A program made the position numbers and the translations under genes. This document shows, in pieces, positions 40,301 through 47,642 of a DNA stretch of 64,000 nt (position 1 is its first letter; each line of letters begins with the position of its first letter). The stretch spans positions 47,828-111,827 of the forward strand of contig JAPOYX010000198.1 of the NCBI GenBank assembly GCA_026706345.1, given 5' to 3'. Origin of the DNA: Gemmatimonadota bacterium. GTDB taxonomy: Bacteria > JAAXHH01. Below the pieces are notes generated by a model, which was not told where the DNA came from, ran no database searches, and saw only the letters and a list, made by a program, of their open reading frames with translations.

Positions 40301-42085
40301 GCCGGAAATACCGCCCTGCATGCGAAGAATGGCATCCAGTCCCCACCAGGATTCGCCCCGGAGGTAATCTCCGAGCCTGAGGTCATGCACGTTGAAGTAG
40401 CCGGAGACAGCCTGGTCTCCGGTCAGATTCGTCCTGGCATGGAATTCCAGCCTGTCCAGCACGGCATTGATCGTCATGCTGCGTTGTTCGTCCAGAAAAC
40501 CTTCGATTTTCGTTTCGCCGAGGAGGACATCGCCATAGGCCAGGCCGCTGACCCAGCCACCCAGCCGGACGGTCGGCCGCCTGAGCGTGCCTAACAGGTA
40601 GAGATCCAGTTCGGCCGAACCACGAAGTTTTGCGAAATCCAGCGGCGGGGGCAGGATTCCGACGTCGTTCACGTCAACCGAACCGGTCAACTGAATGTCT
40701 CCATCCGTGCCGAGCCGGCCCTCGGTGTGTACCAGGAAAGACGCTTCCCGGAGGTCGACCCGGAGTTGGCCGCGACGGTACCCGGCCGATACCGTCACGT
40801 CCCGCAGCGGCAGGTCGTTTATGCTCACCAGGGTGGAAGAAGCGTTCAGATCGGCCCTGCGAGGCGCATCGTCGAACCCGCCCCCTTCCATTTCGAAGGC
40901 GAATTCCACTTCTCCCTCGAGCGCGCTTCCGTCGTCGACAAGGGCCGGCGGCAGCGCGGAGAGCATGAGACCGGGTGACTCCAGCTGCAAGCGATATCCG
41001 GTAGACTCCCCGCTAAAGTCGAGCAACCCCCGTCCCGACACCCATCCCGCCTCATGCTTTCCCCGGAACCGACCGACCGTGAGCACATTCCGCGCATACG
41101 TCATATCCACCGTGGCCAGATTGAACGATCCGTACTCCGATCGCACCACCGGTGATGTGAACCTGGCCTTTAAATCCGGGTCGGACAGACTGTTGCGCAG
41201 CGACCCGGTCATGCTGAAGATCCCGGGCATAGTGTTTTCGAAACCGATAATCCGCAGTATGGCGCCCACCTGTCCGTTCGCGGCGAAATCCAGCGTGGCG
41301 GGATTCTCGCGCGCGGTCGAGATCTCGCCGGTCACGTGAAATCCCATCGGGGGGCCGTGGGCGGATTCCATGGTCAGGTCGTGAATCGTAACGGCGTCTC
41401 CTTCGAAGTATACGTCCGCGCGCATATTCGTTACGGCGTCTTCATATCCTCCAATATGGTAAGCCACGTGCCCTGCGCCTATTTCGCCTTCCATCGTGAA
41501 GGGCCGGAGCACGGCGCCGCTGAAACCGACTTCCCCGGCGCTCACCGCCGTGGAATCCGCGGGATCGTAATAGCGGAACGTGCCGTTCCGGATCCGCAGG
41601 TCGCGCAGATCAAAGGGCAGGCCGGACATTCCCTCATCTGATGACCCGACCGCTTCCTCGTCCCACGCCGGATCCTCCAGCAGCAGAGACAGGGAACTCT
41701 TCCCGCTACCGGCGGCGTTTTCGAAGTAGGCCATGCGGAATCCGTCGATATCGACGCTGTAGAGCGGCGCCTCTCCAAACACGGCGTCCCAGACGTTGAA
41801 GCCTATACTGATCTCGTCCGCTCCCGCGACTTCCCCGCCGGTCTGGATGTCCGGAAGGCGAAGGGATACGCCCCGCATCGCCAGGTGCGTCCGCAAACCA
41901 AGCTCGATCCGTTCGATCGTTACCTGTCCGTTGAGCCGGTCCTGTACGGTCCGCTCCACGGCGCGGCGGACCTGGTCCATGCCCCAACCGGTACCCAGCA
42001 GGATGAAGACGGCCAGGCTCGCGGCCAGTATCAACGAGGCCAACAGACCCAGCCCTATAGTCCATTTATTTAGCCGCAGGTTCAT
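37346..42085 (-). CDS. TamB-like translocation and assembly module protein (AsmA-like, DUF490 C-terminus).
   Basis: 1579 aa with a single N-terminal TM anchor (TIGLGLLASLILAASLAVFILLG). It has a long beta-rich body and the C-terminus ...QNGIDLQVKFRFR typical of TamB. It lies immediately upstream of, and co-directional with, the Omp85 gene. Confidence 0.75.
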   Translation of the reverse strand: MNLRLNKWTIGLGLLASLILAASLAVFILLGTGWGMDQVRRAVERTVQDRLNGQVTIERIELGLRTHLAMRGVSLRLPDIQTGGEVAGADEISIGFNVWDAVFGEAPLYSVDIDGFRMAYFENAAGSGKSSLSLLLEDPAWDEEAVGSSDEGMSGLPFDLRDLRIRNGTFRYYDPADSTAVSAGEVGFSGAVLRPFTMEGEIGAGHVAYHIGGYEDAVTNMRADVYFEGDAVTIHDLTMESAHGPPMGFHVTGEISTARENPATLDFAANGQVGAILRIIGFENTMPGIFSMTGSLRNSLSDPDLKARFTSPVVRSEYGSFNLATVDMTYARNVLTVGRFRGKHEAGWVSGRGLLDFSGESTGYRLQLESPGLMLSALPPALVDDGSALEGEVEFAFEMEGGGFDDAPRRADLNASSTLVSINDLPLRDVTVSAGYRRGQLRVDLREASFLVHTEGRLGTDGDIQLTGSVDVNDVGILPPPLDFAKLRGSAELDLYLLGTLRRPTVRLGGWVSGLAYGDVLLGETKIEGFLDEQRSMTINAVLDRLEFHARTNLTGDQAVSGYFNVHDLRLGDYLRGESWWGLDAILRMQGGISGTVQQPSVKGKGTVRNLAIQNENLGDTDLEMKISEDRLDFTMTRNPGPTVSAEGSIELTGQNTYDLQVDLVQTSLSPLLSILSKRPIEGGTGTFSGNIHAVGLAGYPDRSAITVSLDSLDVLMNDRILHSVAPSTVKLENQVITVDEFRLTGDFGRITVNGTASLAADGRVDLETVLEDVQLEFLSPFLVSEGTFSGAMDGVISLGGTPGDPSINGLLTVSDVRYAIGNRTNLLGTVTASALYEDRLLRVPVLSVQSPLGRSDIDLAYPVDLRWAPEVQPESLPSGERYTASLVVDNLAVAPLREFFEIVPADLDGYIRGRIDVNGSVRDRGDVNGVMALDSLKLFGLQNELVNTNPVRLHFDGAHIHMDSVSATIRRINQPDDERGRLTMRGRLAYVNGGTGAGASDFTILGEQIRMDAVMALANLDLPLGGNVNTRIEVTGPPSARVIDARVSMDQPRYNQASLDSLAAHLVYGGGEIAIRDLRIRKGGDTITAHGTIPYDPARNERTGDATGVEDIALTVEGDDIDLSFLSGVVYDLERIEGKADIRLSIGGTPASPRSVGQVTVRDAALRFREFEPTFRADVLQVDVDGGAFGLKPVAFRAGDGTVRVSGDLLTDNLSFAEIEAYADFSQAEVERLGSAMLIIDGSLAWTGNRDRSRIYNVADPIVVTGVVTHPLDIGELLLDNAIIRPQDTPDPFLESIALDVAVDVTDLAVENNIAQLTVEGGVALGNTVQNPLVTGNAVAEEDGVIRYLGATFELETGRIDLTRRVPLESFTALIEYPVAQLDPVLNIQAWAPRVRDIHDTYYEVELLASGPVSTVTPQLRAAPRDDNATEILASGSRSLAGPEVIYGPEVVSLLTFGTAGLTSLGTPDEYAGMRNRAFLITGEALAEALLNLDEVQVEGDPFSMNSAVQAGSPVQLTLSKRINRRARVSFTRLFQSSEYSLRVGYQLTDFLYIETFSDQSGELPQNGIDLQVKFRFR

Positions 42086-42119
42086 GTGCCATTACCGGGA
42101 AGTGAAGGCGCCGAAGCCG

Positions 42120-44486
42120 TTAATCGAACAACTTGTGGACGAAACGGGTTCTCAGCGCCCTGGCCGCCCATTCCATGTTTCGTTCAATGTCCCGCCACAA
42201 CTGTTCGCCCGGTCCGGTGCCGTTTCCTTCCTCATAACCCAGACGACGGGCGAGAAACAGGAACTCCTGGGACGTCTTGTCCGGAAGGACCAGGTCCCTG
42301 GCGTTGCCGCGCACCATGCGCAGCGCGTTGATCAGCCTGACCAGGAAACGATACGCCGTGCCGAGCATGTCATGCTCCTCGTCCGAAAGGTAACCGGCCC
42401 CGTTCAGCGCTTCCATGGCCTCCAGCGTAGTCGGTCCGCGAACCGCCGAATTGCCGACGCCGTAGCGAATCTGCAGATCCTGTACGAAGTACTCGATGTC
42501 GATCAACCCGCCGTAACTGTATTTGACGTTGATGGCGCCGGTTTCGACCAATTCATCGTTCTGCCGTTCGCGCAGATGGGTCCATGAACGGCCGTCGACC
42601 GGGGCGTCGGCGTACACGAAGGCATCGCGGGCGGCCTCGACGTTCGCACCCAGGACCGGATCGCCCCCGATGGCGCGCAGCTTGATCAGCGCATGGCGCT
42701 CGTAGGGCAGGGCGCCGCCCTTTTCGTTGAAATACGCGTTGAACTTCTCGAGCGACGAGGCCAGCGCGCCCTTTTCGCCGTAGGGCCGAAGCCGGAGGTC
42801 GATTTCGAACAGGCCTTCTCTCCGGGATTCGATGGTGCCGCAGATCATGCGCACGAGCCGCTCGTAGTACTCCGAATTCAACACGGTCTGGGGGCCGCTC
42901 GTACTGCCCTGTCCGGCGTAGACGAACAGCAGTTCCATGTCGGATGCCCAGCCCAGTTCCCTGCCGCCGCATTTCCCCAGCGCACAGATACTGAAAACGC
43001 AGGGCGCGCCGGAGGGCAGCAGCGGCGCGCCGTATTGCCGGCGCTGCTCCCGGTCGCAGATATCGTACGCCGATTCCAGGATCACCTCGGCCAGCGTGGT
43101 GAGCTCACGGGAAAAGGCCTGGATGTCTTCGTGCTGCTCCAGGATCTCGCGCATGCTGATCCGCAGCATCTCCTTATCCTTGTAACGGTTCAGCAACTCC
43201 TTGCGGCGGGCGTAGCTTCCGACCCTGGACAACCGTGCGCCCAGTTCGCCTTCCATCTGCTCCCGCGATCTGACGATTCCGACCACCTTGATGTCCTGCA
43301 GCACGGGGAAGAGGTTCTTGTACTGCATCCTGAGGAAGTCTTTCCACAGGAAATCGCTTGTGCCGAAGAGCTTTGCCATCGCGGCGATTACTTCCTGCTT
43401 CTCCAGCTGGTCGAACATCTCTTCCATCGCCCGGCCGGGCCGGACGTTGGCCAGGACCTGGTCGATCAACTGGTTGAAATGTTCCAGGGCCTGGGCGGGA
43501 TTTGGCGCCCGGGTCAGCAGGTGGGTAAACTGCTTGATGAGCGCGATGACGAATCGCAGTTCCTGGAGTTTCCGCGGATCGGTGATCTTCGCTCCGCGCC
43601 GGTCGGTCACCTCGAGCGTATCCTGTACCTGGACTCCGGCGGCCGCGATATCGATGCGTCGAATGTTGATGTTACGCAGCGCCAGGGCGGTCGACAGGGC
43701 GTACAGAAACGCCGGCGTGTCCTGGCCCGTGATGCCGAGACGGGTCGCCCCGGACCCGGTGTCGTTGTCGATCGTCACATGCACCGGGAACATGGAGGAG
43801 GTCTCCGCTTCCTGCTCGCGACGGAGGTAGTCCACGACGCGCTCGTTGATCCTTCGCTGCAATGCGCCGGCGCTGTCCATGCGCAGACGGCGCATGGCGT
43901 CCTTGATTTCCAGCGTTATGGCGGGCCAGTCCGGCGGCTCCTCCGACGGCGCGTGCACCCGGAAGACATCCACGATCTTTCGCCGGGAACGCAGCGACGA
44001 CGAGGTGATGCCCGGCGGCGCGGCCGGAGTGCCCGAGCGAACACGGCGGCGACGTTGAAGCCGGGAGGACCGCTTGCCCGGATCGCCGGCCGGTTCCGCG
44101 TCGGCGTAGGTGAATACGTCCCCGCGGCGTATGCTCAGTCCGTTGGACGCCAGGAGTCCCGACAGGATGGAAATCACCGAGAGGTAATCGAAGGCCACGA
44201 CGGTAAGGCGCCACGTCGAATCGTCCAGGGGCTCCACGTCGACCTCCGCGGCGTTGTCCGGTCCAAGCCGGCTGATCATCCCGATGTGGCGCCGGATCAC
44301 TTCGGGCTCGTATCGCTCGAAATAGGCCGGCGCCATCCTGCCGATATGATCCCTGACCAGGATATCCGGCAAGTCATTGCCCTTGAGTTGTTCCGAAAGT
44401 TCCGCGAAAGGTACCGTATTCGTCATGCTCTGGTTCCGGGGTGGTTTGGCGGGACACAAAACTCCTAAGATACAAGATACATTCAA
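42120..44486 (-). CDS. GlnE-family nucleotidyltransferase (glutamine-synthetase adenylyltransferase-like), single catalytic module with an N-terminal ACT-like region.
   Basis: The nucleotidyltransferase motif ICALGKCGGRELGWASDMELLFVY matches the GlnE signature GKLGGxEL...SDxDLxF. A GlnE-type C-terminal helical domain is present. The N-terminal 120 aa resemble an ACT fold (RLTVVAFDYLSVISILSGLLASNG). At 788 aa it is shorter than two-module GlnE. Confidence 0.55.
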   Translation of the reverse strand: MNVSCILGVLCPAKPPRNQSMTNTVPFAELSEQLKGNDLPDILVRDHIGRMAPAYFERYEPEVIRRHIGMISRLGPDNAAEVDVEPLDDSTWRLTVVAFDYLSVISILSGLLASNGLSIRRGDVFTYADAEPAGDPGKRSSRLQRRRRVRSGTPAAPPGITSSSLRSRRKIVDVFRVHAPSEEPPDWPAITLEIKDAMRRLRMDSAGALQRRINERVVDYLRREQEAETSSMFPVHVTIDNDTGSGATRLGITGQDTPAFLYALSTALALRNINIRRIDIAAAGVQVQDTLEVTDRRGAKITDPRKLQELRFVIALIKQFTHLLTRAPNPAQALEHFNQLIDQVLANVRPGRAMEEMFDQLEKQEVIAAMAKLFGTSDFLWKDFLRMQYKNLFPVLQDIKVVGIVRSREQMEGELGARLSRVGSYARRKELLNRYKDKEMLRISMREILEQHEDIQAFSRELTTLAEVILESAYDICDREQRRQYGAPLLPSGAPCVFSICALGKCGGRELGWASDMELLFVYAGQGSTSGPQTVLNSEYYERLVRMICGTIESRREGLFEIDLRLRPYGEKGALASSLEKFNAYFNEKGGALPYERHALIKLRAIGGDPVLGANVEAARDAFVYADAPVDGRSWTHLRERQNDELVETGAINVKYSYGGLIDIEYFVQDLQIRYGVGNSAVRGPTTLEAMEALNGAGYLSDEEHDMLGTAYRFLVRLINALRMVRGNARDLVLPDKTSQEFLFLARRLGYEEGNGTGPGEQLWRDIERNMEWAARALRTRFVHKLFD

Positions 44487-44581
44487 CCCTGCGTAAAATC
44501 AACCGTAACACGCATTTGTGCAGCGCGCCTCCGTACGTGCACGCACGTGCCTAAAAAAACGCGGTCTGTCCACTTTTTTCT

Positions 44582-44609
44582 TGACAGCCCTACAAAACGT
44601 TATATTATT
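44582..44609 (+). promoter_or_regulatory. Strong sigma70-like promoter upstream of the DtxR-like gene: TTGACA, 16 bp spacer, TATTAT.
   Basis: TTGACA at 44582-44587 is followed by a 16-bp spacer and TATTAT at 44604-44609. It sits in a roughly 200-bp AT-rich intergenic region, which is unusual in this GC-rich window. Confidence 0.5.
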
Positions 44610-44647
44610 CGAAGCCATGTTTGAATAGCCAAACTTTTCATTGTGCC

Positions 44648-44665
44648 GGCAACACGATTGTTGCC
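44648..44665. promoter_or_regulatory. Perfect inverted repeat GGCAACA-cgat-TGTTGCC between the promoter and the repressor start codon. It is a candidate operator or RNA hairpin.
   Basis: The 7-bp arms are exact reverse complements. It lies 18 bp upstream of the ATG at 44683. A second inverted repeat, GTTTGaatagcCAAAC, lies at 44620-44635. Confidence 0.35.
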
Positions 44666-44682
44666 ATAACGAATCGGACAAA

Positions 44683-45216
44683 ATGATGGATGTCTGGAGA
44701 GAATTCGAGCACAACGAGATCACGCACAGCGGCGCGCACTACCTGATGACGGTGCAGCAGCTGATCGAGGACCAGGGATACGCCCGGGTATCGGACGTGG
44801 CCCGGGAGATGCATATCACGCCGGGCAGTGCGTCGATCATGATCAAGTCGCTCCGGGAAAAGGGATACCTGGAAGAGGACCGGAACCGGTTCCTCAAACT
44901 CTCGGAGGAAGGGAACCGGCTGGCGCAGTCGGTATGGTCGCACCGGCAGATCCTCATCGCCTTTCTCAAGGGCGTCCTGCATATCGACGCGGAACAGGCG
45001 GAAATCGACGCGTGCAAGATCGAGCACCTAATCAGCACGACGACCGGAGAGCGGCTGCTGCTCTTCCTGCAGTTCCTCCTGTCGGACGATCCCCACGGCA
45101 GGGCGTTTCTCAAGTCCTACTGGGACGCCAACGTGCTGTCGATCTGCGACTTCGAAACCTGCGCGGTTTGCGAGGAAGTGGGCGAATGCCTGGTTATCCG
45201 ATCGGAGTCGGCGTGA
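44683..45216 (+). CDS. DtxR/MntR-family metal-dependent transcriptional repressor with an unusual Cys-rich C-terminal tail.
   Basis: N-terminal wHTH (YLMTVQQLIEDQGYARVSDVAREMHITPGSASIMIKSLREKGYL) and a DtxR dimerisation/metal-binding region. The C-terminus CDFETCAVCEEVGEC has 4 Cys and replaces the usual SH3-like domain. ATG at 44683 is preferred over the TTG at 44641 in the ORF track. Confidence 0.8.
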   Translation: MMDVWREFEHNEITHSGAHYLMTVQQLIEDQGYARVSDVAREMHITPGSASIMIKSLREKGYLEEDRNRFLKLSEEGNRLAQSVWSHRQILIAFLKGVLHIDAEQAEIDACKIEHLISTTTGERLLLFLQFLLSDDPHGRAFLKSYWDANVLSICDFETCAVCEEVGECLVIRSESA

Positions 45217-45274
45217 GGGACGTGGAAGCATTCGGTATCCTGACGGCGGGACACGCGCCGTCAGAAAACAAAAA

Positions 45275-45316
45275 GGGACTATCGCGACATGGCCCGGCAA
45301 GCCCGGCGATAGTCCC
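45275..45316. repeat. REP-like hairpin element, copy 1: GGGACTATCG, 22 bp spacer, CGATAGTCCC.
   Basis: A 10-bp perfect inverted repeat at 45275-45284 and 45307-45316 is preceded by AAAAAG. It lies 59 bp after the DtxR-like stop. A second hairpin TGACGGCG...CGCCGTCA lies at 45241-45263. Confidence 0.5.
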
Positions 45317-45513
45317 TGGCAGGACAGGTATAACTGTCCCTGAGGGCGGTACGGACGTACGCGACCCTCTTATTCTATAGTATAAGGAAACCGCCATGAC
45401 GGGTCAATACTATAACGGGTCGATTCCGACGAAAGGGGATACTGCCTATCCGAAAAACACCTTTCAGTTCCGTAGCGAGTACCGGCATCGGACCTTCTGA
45501 CGCGAGATAACCC

Positions 45514-45780
45514 ATGCATTCCGAACTCTTTACCACCAGCACGCAAGCAAAGACTATTCGCCTGGATGAGCTGAAATCGGGCGAGAAGGCAACGATAAGG
45601 CAGATCAAGGGCACGGCGGGAGAAGAAGTACACCTGATGGAACTTGGGCTGCTCCCCGGGACAACCGTCGAATTGATCAAACGCGCACCCATGGGCGATC
45701 CGATCGAGATACGCGTTCGGAGTTACCACCTGTCCATTCGCTGCGCGGAGGCCCGTTCGGTCATGGTGGAAAGAAGTTGA
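45514..45780 (+). CDS. feoA: Ferrous iron transport protein A.
   Basis: 88 aa with an SH3-like FeoA signature (LDELKSGEKATIRQI...GLLPGTTVELIKRAPMGDPIEIRV). Confidence 0.8.
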   Translation: MHSELFTTSTQAKTIRLDELKSGEKATIRQIKGTAGEEVHLMELGLLPGTTVELIKRAPMGDPIEIRVRSYHLSIRCAEARSVMVERS

Positions 45781-45798
45781 ACTAAAGGGTAGAAAAAA

Positions 45799-45837
45799 GG
45801 ACTATCGGTTCGGCTGGCCGGCTCTCCCCGATAGTCC
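45799..45837. repeat. REP-like hairpin element, copy 2: GGACTATCGG, 19 bp spacer, CCGATAGTCC.
   Basis: It has the same arm sequence as copy 1 (core GACTATCG / CGATAGTC). It is preceded by AAAAAAGG and lies 19 bp after the feoA stop. The loop is related (GGCCGGC versus GGCCCGGC). Confidence 0.5.
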
Positions 45838-45948
45838 TTGGACCAGGGGGATACGTACACTTGGCGAGTACAATCCGGTCCCGGCCTGTTTTGAAATATA
45901 CGCCCCCTGGCGGCCGCTGTCAATTCCACAGGTTTACCCGGGGGCTAA

Positions 45949-47154
45949 ATGCTTCGTAAAACTATCTTCTGGATCCATCTCTCGTCGGGCGTAATCGCCG
46001 GCATTGTCATTCTGATCATGTCGGTGACCGGCGTGCTGCTCACCTTCCAGAGCCAGATCGTCGACTTCGCCAACCGGGAATACGCCACGGTCCATCCTCC
46101 CCATCCCCGTGCCGAGCGCATGGATCTAGACGTGGTGCTCGCGGCGGTCCGGAGCATCGAGCCCGAGGCGGAGCCCACCTCCGTCACCATACGTCCCGAT
46201 CCGACCGAGGCGTACGTCGTGCGATACGGTCGTGCGAAAACCGTCTTCGTCGACCCCTATTCAGGGGATGTCCGGGGCGAAGGCAATATCGCCGTCCGTA
46301 ATTTCCTCCGGGAAATCATGTACTGGCACCGCTGGTTCGGCGCGGAAGGCGAAAACAGGGCGGTCGCCCGCGCGGTCACAGGCGCCTGCAACCTGGCGTT
46401 CTGCCTGCTGACCATCACGGGGCTGTACATCTGGTGGCCCCGCAAGTGGACCCTGGCGGCGTTCAAGGCCGTCTTTGTCCCGAACTTCAAGACGCGCGGA
46501 AAGAGCCGGGATTTCAACTGGCACAATTCCTTCGGCATCTGGTGCCTTCCAGCCCTTTTCCTGATCTCGCTGAGCGGGGTGGTCATCTCCTATCGTTGGG
46601 CCGGTGACCTGGTCTACGCGCTCACGGGTACGGAACCCCCTCAACGGGCTGTGCAATCCGCATCGGAACCGGCAACGCCCGGGGACGAATCCGCACCGTT
46701 GCCAGCCGCTCCCTCCGAATCCTTTCTGGCCGCGGCACGAAAGCAGGTGCCGGAATGGGCGTACATCACGCTGAACCTGCCGAAGGAAGGCGCGGAAACC
46801 ACCACGCTGAACGTATCTGAAATGGATAACCGCATACCGCTGACCCGCTCCACCCTTACCGTGTCCACGACAGATGCAGGGATAGTCGAATGGGTACCTT
46901 TCACCAGCCTGAACATGGGACGACAGATCCGCACCTGGCTGCGTTGGATCCATACGGGTGAAGCGGCAGGATGGTTCGGCCAGCTCATCGCGGGCGTGGC
47001 CTCCGCCGGAGGCGTGGTCCTGGTCTGGACGGGGCTCTCGTTGGCATGGAGACGTTTCCGAAGATTCAACAAAACACGGCAAGACAGGACATTCACGACA
47101 AAGGATATACCAGGAGAATCCGATGAAGAACCAAAGCTTGCTCGCACAGGATGA
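45949..47154 (+). CDS. PepSY-associated TM-helix protein (PiuB/FoxB-like putative ferric-siderophore reductase).
   Basis: MLRKTIFWIHLSSGVIAGIVILIMSVTGVLLTF is the hallmark PepSY_TM N-terminus. It has 4 TM segments with conserved His, and is 401 aa long. Confidence 0.75.
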   Translation: MLRKTIFWIHLSSGVIAGIVILIMSVTGVLLTFQSQIVDFANREYATVHPPHPRAERMDLDVVLAAVRSIEPEAEPTSVTIRPDPTEAYVVRYGRAKTVFVDPYSGDVRGEGNIAVRNFLREIMYWHRWFGAEGENRAVARAVTGACNLAFCLLTITGLYIWWPRKWTLAAFKAVFVPNFKTRGKSRDFNWHNSFGIWCLPALFLISLSGVVISYRWAGDLVYALTGTEPPQRAVQSASEPATPGDESAPLPAAPSESFLAAARKQVPEWAYITLNLPKEGAETTTLNVSEMDNRIPLTRSTLTVSTTDAGIVEWVPFTSLNMGRQIRTWLRWIHTGEAAGWFGQLIAGVASAGGVVLVWTGLSLAWRRFRRFNKTRQDRTFTTKDIPGESDEEPKLARTG

Positions 47155-47524
47155 GGAAAACCAGACGCGGGTGTATTCGTGCCATTCCGGGCATATCCAC
47201 GTCATCTACCGGCGCATCAATATCGCCCTGTCGACGGGTGAATTCCGCGAACTCCTGGACTGCGTCGTACAGACCTTCGAGTACATTCAGAAACAAAGCC
47301 CGGAGCGTATGGAATCGAAACACATCGACGTGACGTTCGACGACACGGTCGTAAAAATGCCCCTGCCCGGCTTCAGGACGTTCGTACAAGTCCTCAGACG
47401 GGCGATGACCAGTTTCCAGAGACTATCGGGTGTATACAACAAGCCCTCCGGAGTGGAAGCGGAATACATAGCCAACGGCAAGCTCATTCCGTTTGCACCC
47501 TGCAGGTACAACCAATTGAATTGA
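47123..47524 (+). CDS. Hypothetical protein of 133 aa between the PepSY-TM gene and feoB.
   Basis: The ATG at 47123 overlaps the upstream gene by 32 bp. This stretch is markedly lower in GC (about 52%) than the window average. The ORF is clean, contains a CHSGH segment, and I could not assign a family. Confidence 0.45.
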   Translation: MKNQSLLAQDEENQTRVYSCHSGHIHVIYRRINIALSTGEFRELLDCVVQTFEYIQKQSPERMESKHIDVTFDDTVVKMPLPGFRTFVQVLRRAMTSFQRLSGVYNKPSGVEAEYIANGKLIPFAPCRYNQLN

Positions 47525-47642
47525 CTGGTCGGCCTGGAAAGCCTGCCCGCATCGCTTTTTATTCCCTTTTAGCATGTATTGCGTTATATTTGGTCTGATC
47601 CGGGCGTGACGGTTTCCCGGTCCTATAGCGACACCGTTTCCA

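Noticed and set aside
42693-44468. 591-aa ORF antisense to the GlnE-like gene
   Set aside because: It has the same high-GC antisense signature, rich in R, G and A with no motifs. The opposite strand has the GlnE nucleotidyltransferase signature.
44641-44682. TTG start at 44641 for the DtxR-like gene (ORF-track start)
   Set aside because: That extension (MCRQHDCCHNESDK) would run through the predicted +1 and leader inverted repeats. The ATG at 44683 gives a typical DtxR N-terminus.
45380-45484. 34-aa ORF (MTGQYYNGSIPTKGDTAYPKNTFQFRSEYRHRTF) in the feoA leader
   Set aside because: It has no RBS and no conservation cue, and it is too short to support. It may be leader sequence only.
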